A stretch of DNA of 64,000 nucleotides from Gammaproteobacteria bacterium. GTDB lineage: Bacteria; Pseudomonadota; Gammaproteobacteria; UBA4575. The stretch spans positions 1,666,482-1,730,481 of the forward strand of contig OZ243969.1 of NCBI GenBank assembly GCA_965214675.1, in the 5' to 3' direction. Of the stretch, positions 1 through 8,277 are shown piece by piece; position 1 is the stretch's first letter; each line of letters opens with the position of its first letter. The position numbers and the translations under genes are program-made. The notes under the pieces were generated by a model. That model was not told the origin of the DNA, ran no database searches, and saw only the letters and a list, made by a program, of their open reading frames with translations.

Positions 1-1368
1 ACTATGCGGCGTTTCATGCTCCTGAACCTTGATGAAAAGCACCTCATTCCGGTACCCGTCAATTCGCAGTCGATCGCCGGACTGGACGGTCTGGGGCTCA
101 CTCAGGCGCCGGTCATTGAGCCTGATCTTGTAGTTTTTCAGGTGGCGCAACTCGATGCGCATGCCTTTTTTCTGGATCCTGCAGACCCCGCTTTCGTTGC
201 ATACCGGGTCCAGTGCCAGACGTATCTCGTGGTGGTCCTTGGTGAGCTGCAGTTCCTGTTTTTCGCCAAGCGGCCAGGCATGACTGCCGATCAGCAGGTG
301 GGTAGGGCAGTTGGGCAGGCTTGCCAGCAGCCCGGAATTGGGTTCGAGGAGTTCGACACGGGTGGACTTGTCCCAGCTCAGGGTCGTGGTGTAATGCACA
401 GCCTCATCCCCGGCGCAGATTTGCTCGCGATAACGCAAGGCCTGGCGGGCGATGCGGGTCGGGTCTGTGCCCAGTGTGGCACAGCCTGGCAGAGTTTTTA
501 AGAACTCGTTCAGACCGAAGACCTGGTTGCAGGTGGGAGAGCATACGATCGCGACCTTGTGGTCGGGAAGGAGTTCACTCAGGCAAATCGCGATCTCCTC
601 GAAGACGGCCTGGTTGATCCCTAGCACCTCTTTTCTGTGCAGTTGAATGCGGTGGCTTTGCCCTTCCGTGTGCAGCTCACAACCGACGGACTCCAGCGAT
701 TGCAGTGTCGCCAGCCAGTGCGGAAGCCGTTCATAAAGGAGTTGCTCGTCTTCGCCTTTTTGCAGGGGATCAAAGCGGGTTTCCCTGACAAACGCCGCCG
801 CAACCCATTTGGCCTGTGCCTGGATCAGTGACTGAAGCCCGTAGGGAATGACTTTGCCCGGGCGGCTGGCGGACACCTGCTTGCGGTCCTGGGCCACCAG
901 GGACAGGATGGTCCGCTCCTGTAAAACTGCGAGCCAGACGAGCCTGGCCTCGGGAACCGGCCCGGGGATGGCAAGCACCGCCTTGTTGACGATCCCCAGC
1001 ACCGAGATGTCGAGCTTTTCACAGATACCGAGTGCCAGCCCCAGTTCCCGTTTGCGCAGTGTGCCGGATACGGCCAGCAGTGCATCGTGGTCCTGGCGGT
1101 CGAGCAGGCTCCAGGCGAACTGCAGGTGATGCAGTGCAAGCTCGGCATGACTGACGGCATGCCGGGTCGTGCTTTGCCCGCCAAGGTCTGCCCAGAACCC
1201 GGTGTTGATATCCTGTGGGCGCAGATGCATCTGCTTTTCGGTTGCGTTTCCGACCAGGATGTCGGTCGGCGTATCCACCAGGGCACAGGCCGGGCTGTTG
1301 GCCAGGATGCGTTTGCCGTCGCTGATCAGGATGCCGCTTTCGTACAGATCGATGACTACCGTGGACAC
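1..1368 (-). CDS. Divergent Hsp70/DnaK-like ATPase, partial; the C-terminus lies beyond the window start
   Basis: Open minus-strand frame with no stop from 1368 down to 1 (>=456 codons). GTG start at 1368-1366 sits behind a perfect AAGGAG Shine-Dalgarno at 1384-1379. The N-terminus, VVIDLYESGILISDGKRILANSPACALVDTPTDILVGNATEKQMHLRPQDINTGF, aligns to the DnaK N-terminus, GIDLGTTNSCVAV..RVLENAEGDRTTPS..LVGQPAKRQAVTNPQNT. It is absent from the supplied ORF track, apparently because its stop lies outside the window. The plus-strand ORF 4..501 is its antisense shadow. Confidence 0.45.
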   Translation of the reverse strand, partial: MSTVVIDLYESGILISDGKRILANSPACALVDTPTDILVGNATEKQMHLRPQDINTGFWADLGGQSTTRHAVSHAELALHHLQFAWSLLDRQDHDALLAVSGTLRKRELGLALGICEKLDISVLGIVNKAVLAIPGPVPEARLVWLAVLQERTILSLVAQDRKQVSASRPGKVIPYGLQSLIQAQAKWVAAAFVRETRFDPLQKGEDEQLLYERLPHWLATLQSLESVGCELHTEGQSHRIQLHRKEVLGINQAVFEEIAICLSELLPDHKVAIVCSPTCNQVFGLNEFLKTLPGCATLGTDPTRIARQALRYREQICAGDEAVHYTTTLSWDKSTRVELLEPNSGLLASLPNCPTHLLIGSHAWPLGEKQELQLTKDHHEIRLALDPVCNESGVCRIQKKGMRIELRHLKNYKIRLNDRRLSEPQTVQSGDRLRIDGYRNEVLFIKVQEHETPHS

Positions 1369-1384
1369 GAGGGAGAGTGCTCCT

Positions 1385-2185
1385 TTACTTGGGTTGCAGG
1401 TGGCGGATCAGGTTATGGTTGCAGTAGTTTTGTGTATCCAGGATCAGGCGCTCCTGCAGGAGCTGGAGCTGGTACACGATGAACATCAGCACGATACTGA
1501 TACACAAGGCGATCAGGGTGGAGTTGAAGGCTACACCCAGGCTTTCCGTGACTCCGGCAATGTCCCCTTCCACGGCCTTGTGCGCCTGACCCAATGCATC
1601 GCCGATACCGCGCACAGTTCCGAGAAACCCGATGGAGGGAATTGCCCAGGTGATGTAACGGATGATGGACAATTCGGAGTCGAGGCGCTCGGCTTCGGAT
1701 TCGCATACGATCTGGGTGGCGGTGGAGACATCCTGGATGCTGCACGTGGAGTTGAAGCGGTGCAAGGCGACCAACAGGGCACGCGGCAGCAGGCAGTCCT
1801 GCTGTTCTTGCGTCAGGGCCTGGATCTGCCGGGTGAGCTTATGCGTGTCCTGTGGCAGGAACTTGATGCCCTCCTTGGCGTGCAGCAGGTTCATTTCCAG
1901 CATGCCTCTTTCGCGCAGCAGGTGGGCGCTCTTGTAGCTCATGATCACCAGGGCCCACAGCATGAGAATGAAGCAGGCCTCCTGTTCGTAGTCGCGCACC
2001 AGCACATACACCGAGCGTTTCGGCACGTAGTCCTGGTCCAGGTTGATCTGGGCGGCCTGGTACTCGAGTTCAGCTTCGGCATTGGGCCGGATCACGGTGA
2101 CATAGGCCGTGTGCACGACGATCATGATCAGCAGCAGGCTGAAGACCTGATAGGTAAGCTCGGAGGAAAACGGTTTTATTGTCAC
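1385..2185 (-). CDS. MotA/TolQ/ExbB-family proton-channel protein
   Basis: 266 aa with multiple TM helices and the family signature IPSIGFLGTVRGIGDALGQA. Its start overlaps the stop of the upstream small gene in an ATGA arrangement. No ExbD/TolR/MotB-like partner is encoded in the window. Confidence 0.6.
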   Translation of the reverse strand: MTIKPFSSELTYQVFSLLLIMIVVHTAYVTVIRPNAEAELEYQAAQINLDQDYVPKRSVYVLVRDYEQEACFILMLWALVIMSYKSAHLLRERGMLEMNLLHAKEGIKFLPQDTHKLTRQIQALTQEQQDCLLPRALLVALHRFNSTCSIQDVSTATQIVCESEAERLDSELSIIRYITWAIPSIGFLGTVRGIGDALGQAHKAVEGDIAGVTESLGVAFNSTLIALCISIVLMFIVYQLQLLQERLILDTQNYCNHNLIRHLQPK

Positions 2186-2187
2186 GT

Positions 2188-2427
2188 TCAGATGTCCGTT
2201 GGAAAACTGACCGGCTTGTCGGCCGAGACTTCTTCGCTGGGCACGAACTCCTCCAGGGGCGGGAGCTGAAATCTGCGGTCTCGCGAAAACCTCACGTCGG
2301 TGGCGCTCTCCTCACCTTGTTCTGCTGCAACCGTGCCGACGTTTTCAGGAAGATCGTCGATGTGCTCGGATGCCCCTGCCAGTGCCGGACACAGCGCCAT
2401 CCACAGCACGGCCGTGTGAAGTCTCAT
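2188..2427 (-). CDS. Small secreted acidic protein (signal peptide)
   Basis: 79 aa. N-terminal MRLHTAVLWMALCPALAGA looks like a signal peptide, and the mature part is Glu/Asp-rich. It is tightly packed between the FHA/PEGA gene and the MotA-like gene. Confidence 0.4.
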   Translation of the reverse strand: MRLHTAVLWMALCPALAGASEHIDDLPENVGTVAAEQGEESATDVRFSRDRRFQLPPLEEFVPSEEVSADKPVSFPTDI

Positions 2428-2433
2428 CGTACA

Positions 2434-4821
2434 CTAGTCCAGGTAGCGTGCAATTCGAAAGCCAAGATCGACATGTCTTTTATTATCCTGATCCCGGTAA
2501 CTGAGTCGAGTGTTGCTGAGGTCGCTTCGCTTCCAGGAAGCGCCACGAACCACATGCTTGGTGCCCGTCGCAGGCCCTGTAGGATCCACATAGACGGCAT
2601 CGCTCAGGGCAGGATACAGGCCATGGTAGTCATGACTCCATTCGGCAACGTTGCCATCCATGTCAAACAGTCCCAGTGGGTTGGCCCTGAAGCTGCCCAC
2701 CGGTGCCGCCACTGCAAAGCCATCATCATACTCGTCCAGGGTGACCTCAAGAATGCCGGCCGCTGCGCGATCGGCATAGTTGCCCGTAATTTCAACCGGT
2801 GGATAGTTCTCGCCCCAGGCGTATTTCGCCAGCGTGCCATCGGCCTGCCAGCGGGCTGCCCATTCCCATTCACTTTCCGTGGGCAGGCGATACCCTGACG
2901 GGATCGGATTCTTGGCCATCCAGTTTCCGTTTCTTTCTTCGTACACGGCGTTCAACCCTTCCTGTTCACTCAGCCAGTTGCAATAGCGTACCGCATCGGC
3001 CCAGGTGATGTTGACTACCGGCAATTCAGGTGCTGACAGGTCATACCCCCTGTAGCTGCCGGAGTGATGAGAGGCCATGAAGGCTGCAAAACGGCCGTTG
3101 GTCACTTCGGTGGTCGCCAGATAGAACGGGCGTTGCAGTGAGACCGTGTGCAGGGTCTCGTTGGTGCGCCGCCCCTGCTCGCGCCTCGGAGCCCCCATGG
3201 AAAACTCGCCACCCTGCAGGCGTACCAGTGTCTCACCCAGATGATTGCGGATGCGCGCGGGCCCGGTACGGGGTCCATGGTCTGCCGATGGCTTCAACGA
3301 AACCTCGATCACTTGAGGGGCCTGCGGTTTCGGAGTCATGGTCTGTGAGTGGCTTTCGTAACCGGATTTTCGTACCTCAAGGCGATGCGGTGCACTCGGC
3401 AGGCTGAGCCGGAGTCTGCCGTGACCTGCCGACTGGCCCTGGACCAGTACCTCGGCGTCTTCAGGCACCGGGTGCACGATCACGGTCCCGAGGATCGCCT
3501 CGAGGCGGGCATTCACCGTCTGTTGCTCGCCGGGCCGGATACGAAGGCTTTGCCGGCTCGGGCGGTACCCGGGCTTGGTCAGGGTCAGGCGGTGTTGGGC
3601 ATTGGGTGCCAGGGCGATGGTCAGCGGAGTGGTGCCTTTTTCAACGCCTTCGATGAACACATGGGCACCTGAAGGCCTACTGGCGATCAGCGCATGGCTG
3701 GTTCCTGTCTGCAAGTGCACGGGTGCCAGCGCGAGTGGCTGGTCCGCCAGCACCCGGAAATCCGAAGTATGGGTGAGGTAATCTGGATGGCGCAGGTCCA
3801 GCCGGTACTCTCCCGCCATCAACTCCAGGCGCACGGGCGTTTTGCCTCTGCGGACACCGTTCAGCCAGACCTCGGCCAGTTCCGGTCGCGAATCGATGGA
3901 CACCTCGGACCATCCTGGCTGCAACTGTATCCGGAGATCCTGTTGAACCAGTTCGCCCTGCATGACCAATTGCGTCGTATACGGAAGGTAGCGCTCGGCG
4001 AGCGCCTGCAGCGTATAGGTCCCCGCCGGCAACTCGATGCGTTCGACCGGGGTGACTCCGAAGGGTTTGTCATCGATCAGCAGGTGCACGCCATGTTCGG
4101 GGACGCTGGTAATGTTCAGGTAGCCGGAATGTTTGAGCAGGGTGAAGGCGAGGGTCTGGGATGCGTGTGTACCGACCCGGATCTCATGGTCCAGGGGGTG
4201 GTACCCGGCCCGGGTTGCCTGCAGGCGGTATTCGCCCGGACGTACCAGATAGCGCCCGCGTATCTTGAGTGGCCACGGGGTGCCTTGCAGGCGGACCGAA
4301 TCCGCGGCTGGATCAATCTCGATTTTCAGGCTCTTGGCCGTAAATACATGGACCACGAGCAGCACCAGGGTGATCAACACGGCCGCACCTGCAAGGGAGA
4401 GAGCGCCGCGCAACCGCCACCCTGATTTTCTGGCAGCCATTTTGGGAGGCACCAGCGGCGAAATCACCTCGCCATGAGGCACCACAGGACGCGTATCGCT
4501 GTCCTGGCCGCAGGGCCCGTCCACTACGGAAATCGAGAAGGTATTGCCGACATGTGCGATCTGAAAGTGGGTCGCCTCGATTTGCAGTATGTCCCCGGGG
4601 TGCAATGCCGTTGGAACTTCCACGCGGTGGTGGTTCAGCCGCACCTCAATGTCCGCATCCTGAGGTTCGATATAGACCTGGTTGGCATGGATACTCAGAA
4701 GCGCTGCCGTTGCGCCTGCATGGACCTTTGATGCAAGCTTCAGTGGAAAATCGGCCGGAGTGTGCTGCCGTTGTCCTTGCGCATCCGTGACGAGGATCTG
4801 CTGGATGACTTTATTTGACAT
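2434..4821 (-). CDS. Multidomain envelope protein: FHA-like N-terminus, one TM helix, about 5 PEGA repeats, and a C-terminal FGE-sulfatase (SUMF1/PvdO-like) domain that lacks the catalytic Cys pair
   Basis: 795 aa. The N-terminus has an FHA-like motif (SKVHAGATAALLSIHANQVYI...HPGDILQIEATHFQI). A hydrophobic helix (LSLAGAAVLITLVLLVVHVF) is followed by repeated PEGA-like units, for example PSGAHVFIEGVEKGTTPLTIALAPNAQHRLTLTKPGYRP. The C-terminus carries FGE-sulfatase motifs (GGEFSMG, TEVTNGRFAAF, RLPTESEWEWAAR, GNVAEWSHD, VVRGASW) with only one Cys in the whole domain. Confidence 0.6.
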   Translation of the reverse strand: MSNKVIQQILVTDAQGQRQHTPADFPLKLASKVHAGATAALLSIHANQVYIEPQDADIEVRLNHHRVEVPTALHPGDILQIEATHFQIAHVGNTFSISVVDGPCGQDSDTRPVVPHGEVISPLVPPKMAARKSGWRLRGALSLAGAAVLITLVLLVVHVFTAKSLKIEIDPAADSVRLQGTPWPLKIRGRYLVRPGEYRLQATRAGYHPLDHEIRVGTHASQTLAFTLLKHSGYLNITSVPEHGVHLLIDDKPFGVTPVERIELPAGTYTLQALAERYLPYTTQLVMQGELVQQDLRIQLQPGWSEVSIDSRPELAEVWLNGVRRGKTPVRLELMAGEYRLDLRHPDYLTHTSDFRVLADQPLALAPVHLQTGTSHALIASRPSGAHVFIEGVEKGTTPLTIALAPNAQHRLTLTKPGYRPSRQSLRIRPGEQQTVNARLEAILGTVIVHPVPEDAEVLVQGQSAGHGRLRLSLPSAPHRLEVRKSGYESHSQTMTPKPQAPQVIEVSLKPSADHGPRTGPARIRNHLGETLVRLQGGEFSMGAPRREQGRRTNETLHTVSLQRPFYLATTEVTNGRFAAFMASHHSGSYRGYDLSAPELPVVNITWADAVRYCNWLSEQEGLNAVYEERNGNWMAKNPIPSGYRLPTESEWEWAARWQADGTLAKYAWGENYPPVEITGNYADRAAAGILEVTLDEYDDGFAVAAPVGSFRANPLGLFDMDGNVAEWSHDYHGLYPALSDAVYVDPTGPATGTKHVVRGASWKRSDLSNTRLSYRDQDNKRHVDLGFRIARYLD

Positions 4822-4835
4822 CGGCGCTTGTTGGA

Positions 4836-6395
4836 TCAGATCGTCTCTTTACACGAAATATGCACGCGTCCGTTTTTCATGTCCGGGGTCACGTTGAGAG
4901 TTTTTCGAACGTCTCGATAACCTGGTCGAGAGCCGAGGATCGTGTAGCGTCCTGGCCGAAGTTGCACGTCGTAGTGCTCGAATCGTCCGAGCTGGCCCAC
5001 CCGGAAGATGCTCACGTCGGTCTGGTTGTCCGAATACAGGGCAATTGAGACGGGCTGGCGGGCCTGTTCGATCACATCTTGCAGGGCGTTGGCTGCTTGC
5101 AGGATTCGCCGACCCGGACTTTCGTCAAGTGATACGATTTCATCCAGCAATGTCTGCACCTCAGCCGATACTTCAGCCGAGTACAGGCGCTCGCTGTGCT
5201 CAAGATAACCCCCCAGCATTGCCAGCAAGGCTGCACGGGATCTTGATCGCTCGGCGGCCTCCCTGGCATGGGCGGTCTGCGGGGCGAGCGCCAGAAGCTG
5301 CTGCCAGCTTTGTGCGGCATGTTCCCAATCCTCGCGTTCCTCAAAATGAAGAGCCTCGACTTCCAGTTTCGCGATTTTTTCCTCGAGCTCAATCTGGTCG
5401 ATTCTGAGCAGCCCCTGCGCCGGCCGGTCCGAATCAGGAACCAGAGCCTGCGCCTTGTGAAAGGCGGTGCGGGCATCATCAAACTGGCGGTCCTTTAGCG
5501 AGTCGTACGCGCGAGTCATCCACCGGGAAAACTCCTCCTGGTTCAATTGCTCAGTTATCCGGTTTAGAGCCGCCACCGCCTCGCCCGACAGCGGGTCCAG
5601 GGCGACGGCCTCCCGGTAGACCTGTTCAGCACCCTGAAGATGGTTGGCCGCTTCGAGGTTGCCGCCCCTGTCCAGCAAAGCGAAAAGTTCACTGAGCGTC
5701 GCCGCTCGCGAAAGGCCATCGAGAGCCTGGCGGTTCTGGGAATCCACGGCGAGTGCCAGGTTGAAATGATGTGCAGCCACCTCGCCCTGGTTTCTCGACA
5801 GGGCCTGCAGGCCCTGCTCAAGGGCTTCATCCAGCACGGCGGCGGCCTGTTTTTGAAGTGCTTCAAGGAGGTCAATCGCCTGTTCATAGTGATCGGCTGC
5901 CTCGGCAAACGCCTGCTCGCGAAAATGAGCATCGCCGTCGTGTCCCCTCGCCATTGCCTGGTCGTAGCCATCACGGGCCCACAACTCAACCCCCTGTTGT
6001 TGCAGGGCCTCCTGTTTTTCAAGCAGGTCCAGGAGCAGCTTTTCCGCATGCAGTTTCAAGGCCGTAATCTCCGGATCTGAAACCCCAGCCTGATTTTTGG
6101 CAAGCGCCTCTGGCATGCCGCTTGGCTCGGACAGGGGCTCCGGGGGCTCGAGCAGGTGTACGGGGGGCTCCTCGCTCAGCGGGCCATCCGTTCTTTCGCG
6201 ATCGACCCATTCAGGCAACGCCAAGAACACGAGTGCCGCGACGGCCACCAGTACGAAGAACAGGACAGTCGGCAGGGCTGCACTGCGCGCATCCTTCGAC
6301 CGTGTCCCGGCCGCAGACGGCGTTCGCACGGTGTCAGGGTCAATCTTTTTAACAGGGGTGGAATCGTCTTTTCGCATGGCAGGTAAAAATCGCAC
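4836..6395 (-). CDS. Transmembrane TPR-repeat protein with a Pro/Glu-rich linker and a C-terminal PEGA domain
   Basis: 519 aa. A TM helix (LPTVLFFVLVAVAALVFLAL) is followed by a TonB/TolA-like Pro/Glu linker (EEPPVHLLEPPEPLSEPSGMPE). Then come long TPR-like helical repeats and a C-terminal PEGA-like segment (LRPGRYTILGSRPGYRDVRKTLNV). Confidence 0.5.
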   Translation of the reverse strand: MRFLPAMRKDDSTPVKKIDPDTVRTPSAAGTRSKDARSAALPTVLFFVLVAVAALVFLALPEWVDRERTDGPLSEEPPVHLLEPPEPLSEPSGMPEALAKNQAGVSDPEITALKLHAEKLLLDLLEKQEALQQQGVELWARDGYDQAMARGHDGDAHFREQAFAEAADHYEQAIDLLEALQKQAAAVLDEALEQGLQALSRNQGEVAAHHFNLALAVDSQNRQALDGLSRAATLSELFALLDRGGNLEAANHLQGAEQVYREAVALDPLSGEAVAALNRITEQLNQEEFSRWMTRAYDSLKDRQFDDARTAFHKAQALVPDSDRPAQGLLRIDQIELEEKIAKLEVEALHFEEREDWEHAAQSWQQLLALAPQTAHAREAAERSRSRAALLAMLGGYLEHSERLYSAEVSAEVQTLLDEIVSLDESPGRRILQAANALQDVIEQARQPVSIALYSDNQTDVSIFRVGQLGRFEHYDVQLRPGRYTILGSRPGYRDVRKTLNVTPDMKNGRVHISCKETI

Positions 6396-6430
6396 GCCTC
6401 CCTACAACATTGTCGCGTACTGCGTGCAGT

Positions 6431-7603
6431 TTAAATACTGTCCTGGAGGATCTTGTCCGCAGGCAGGCCCGTCTCTTGCAAATAGATTTCGCGCAACAGT
6501 TCGCGCCACTGGCGGTACTGTTCTTCAAGGGTGCCCGTGATCTCAACCGTGCGGCCCTGAATGTCCAAGACCAGGGGTTTCACCTCGGCCTTGAGGGAAT
6601 CTCCGAGTTCGCGGATGGCATCATCGTGAATCTGTGCTTCCCTGGCAATGTCGATGCCATCCTTGTACAACATGGCGCCGGTCGTCACAACGCCCGGGTA
6701 GTCTCTCAGCAGGCCCACAATCATGATCGCGGTGGCGGCAAGCTTGGTCCGGTTCGCGCGGCGTTCAATGGCCCGTTTTTGCTGGAGTTCAAGAAGGTAA
6801 TACCGGCGCCAGTTCGTATAGGGCCAGTGCATCACACTGTGAAAATTTGCGTAGTGCTCATTGATCGTATCGACGAACAGGTAGTCGCGTTCGCGGATCT
6901 TGCGTACCCGTTGCAGCATGGGATCATTCTTGGCCGGCAAGCGAGCCAGTTGCACCTGTCCGTTTGGCAGCCACACAAGATAGCCGGAAAACGAGTCGGG
7001 CGAGATGCTGGCGGCATAGCGCAACTCGGAGGTGTTTCGTATGCGGAGCAGTTGCCGGGCCGCCAGTTTCTTGCGGTGCCGGTAAATGTCATTGGCGATG
7101 CGGTTGTAGACGTGTTGGTAGACATCATCCCCTGGCTGGATGTCGACGTAGTCGTGTTCTGTCAGCTTGGCCTTGTACTTCCTGTCGAACCACAGGGTGC
7201 CGGTACTGTCCGAGACATGAGTGTGCAAAACCAGCGTCTCACCGTTTGAGATGATGATGGTGGCGCGTACGATGACATCCGCAATATGGGAGGCGGCCGG
7301 CAGCACCCGGATGGCGCCCCAACCGTAGGCGTGCTGCAAGGTCTCTTTCAGGTGATAGGCCATGTAACGCGCTTCGGCCGCACGGATATCCTCGTGGATA
7401 TTCTCCTCTTCCTGTTCTGGGGTAATCTCACCTTCATCGAACAGGAGCACCCCGACGTCCAGCAGAAGACTGTCCTGCAATTGCACCGTCTGCGATTCGA
7501 TTTCTTCCCCGCCTGAAACCCGTACCGTGTTCAGCGAACAGCTGCTAACCAACATGGCGATGGTCAGCCACAGGCACACCATCGAGTTTCCGGGCAGGGT
7601 CAT
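6431..7603 (-). CDS. Lipoprotein of unknown function
   Basis: 390 aa with a signal peptide and a lipobox (LVSSC). It has no recognisable catalytic motif and overlaps the upstream gene by 4 nt. Confidence 0.45.
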   Translation of the reverse strand: MTLPGNSMVCLWLTIAMLVSSCSLNTVRVSGGEEIESQTVQLQDSLLLDVGVLLFDEGEITPEQEEENIHEDIRAAEARYMAYHLKETLQHAYGWGAIRVLPAASHIADVIVRATIIISNGETLVLHTHVSDSTGTLWFDRKYKAKLTEHDYVDIQPGDDVYQHVYNRIANDIYRHRKKLAARQLLRIRNTSELRYAASISPDSFSGYLVWLPNGQVQLARLPAKNDPMLQRVRKIRERDYLFVDTINEHYANFHSVMHWPYTNWRRYYLLELQQKRAIERRANRTKLAATAIMIVGLLRDYPGVVTTGAMLYKDGIDIAREAQIHDDAIRELGDSLKAEVKPLVLDIQGRTVEITGTLEEQYRQWRELLREIYLQETGLPADKILQDSI

Positions 7604-8277
7604 TCGACTTCAGAGGAGGTCGAGGGCGTTACGCTCGCCTGTTGCTTCTTGTATTTGCGGTACTCGTCCCACAACTTCTCCCTGAGCACAGGATCGCGCT
7701 CGTTTTGTGCGGCTTCTCGAAGCTGGCGGGCGACAACATCGTCATCATCACCGCTGGGGATGTCGGCCGGTGGGGGTACCCGGTGCGCACCTCGTGTTCC
7801 ATGCTCGTCACTGCCTTCATCCGGATCGTCACCGGGTCCGCCGGACTCCGGGTTGCCCGCCTTGGCTACGGACCGGTCGGGCAGGCCTGCATCTGCCGGG
7901 TGTTCAGCCCCGTGCATATCTTCTGACCCGGATTCAGGCGCTTGTATATCTCCTGCAGCGGACGGCTGGTGGGCTTGTCTTTCGGCTTGCGCTTTTTCAA
8001 ATTCCTCGTGAATGGCTTCATCGTAGCGGCCCAGCGCCTCTTCGAGCTGCTGATCCAGCACAGCCACTTTTTCATCTTCGGTAGTGGCCGCGGCTTGCTT
8101 GTCTTTGGATGGCCGTTCATCCGGGGACCGTGCATTGTCTTCGGTTTGATTTTCAGTGGAAGGTGGCGAGTCAGGTGTCTGTGTGCGTGACTGGCGCTCC
8201 GGCTCCAGTGTGCTGCAGGCACCAAGCCAGACACCGAGCAACAAGATCAACAGGCACCGGAGGTCATGTGTTGTCAT
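7600..8277 (-). CDS. Acidic low-complexity lipoprotein
   Basis: The track ORF 7600..8433 starts at a far-upstream alternative codon. An internal ATG at 8277 gives MTTHDLRCLLILLLGVWLGACS, which is a signal peptide plus lipobox. The rest is Asp/Glu/Pro/Ser-rich. It is the first gene of the operon, after the 8278-8480 intergenic region. Confidence 0.45.
   Translation of the reverse strand: MTTHDLRCLLILLLGVWLGACSTLEPERQSRTQTPDSPPSTENQTEDNARSPDERPSKDKQAAATTEDEKVAVLDQQLEEALGRYDEAIHEEFEKAQAERQAHQPSAAGDIQAPESGSEDMHGAEHPADAGLPDRSVAKAGNPESGGPGDDPDEGSDEHGTRGAHRVPPPADIPSGDDDDVVARQLREAAQNERDPVLREKLWDEYRKYKKQQASVTPSTSSEVE

Noticed and set aside
4-501. 165-aa plus-strand ORF at the window start
   Set aside because: It lies antisense to the long open minus-strand frame that carries the Hsp70-like N-terminus and a perfect Shine-Dalgarno. 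Its composition is typical of a high-GC antisense shadow.
1169-2269. 366-aa plus-strand ORF
   Set aside because: It is antisense to the MotA/TolQ/ExbB-like gene, which has clear family motifs. Long shadow ORFs like this are expected at this GC content.
6410-7249. 279-aa plus-strand ORF, plus similar long shadow ORFs at 11477..12247, 12949..13716, 16094..16903, 23595..24422, 26895..27575, 28314..29012, 29264..29992, 37724..38530, 39447..40163, 46617..47243, 47292..48068, 49444..50025, 57469..57993, 59985..60587 and 61700..62308
   Set aside because: Each lies opposite a gene whose translation I recognise with family-specific motifs. None has a start context or conserved-looking sequence of its own.
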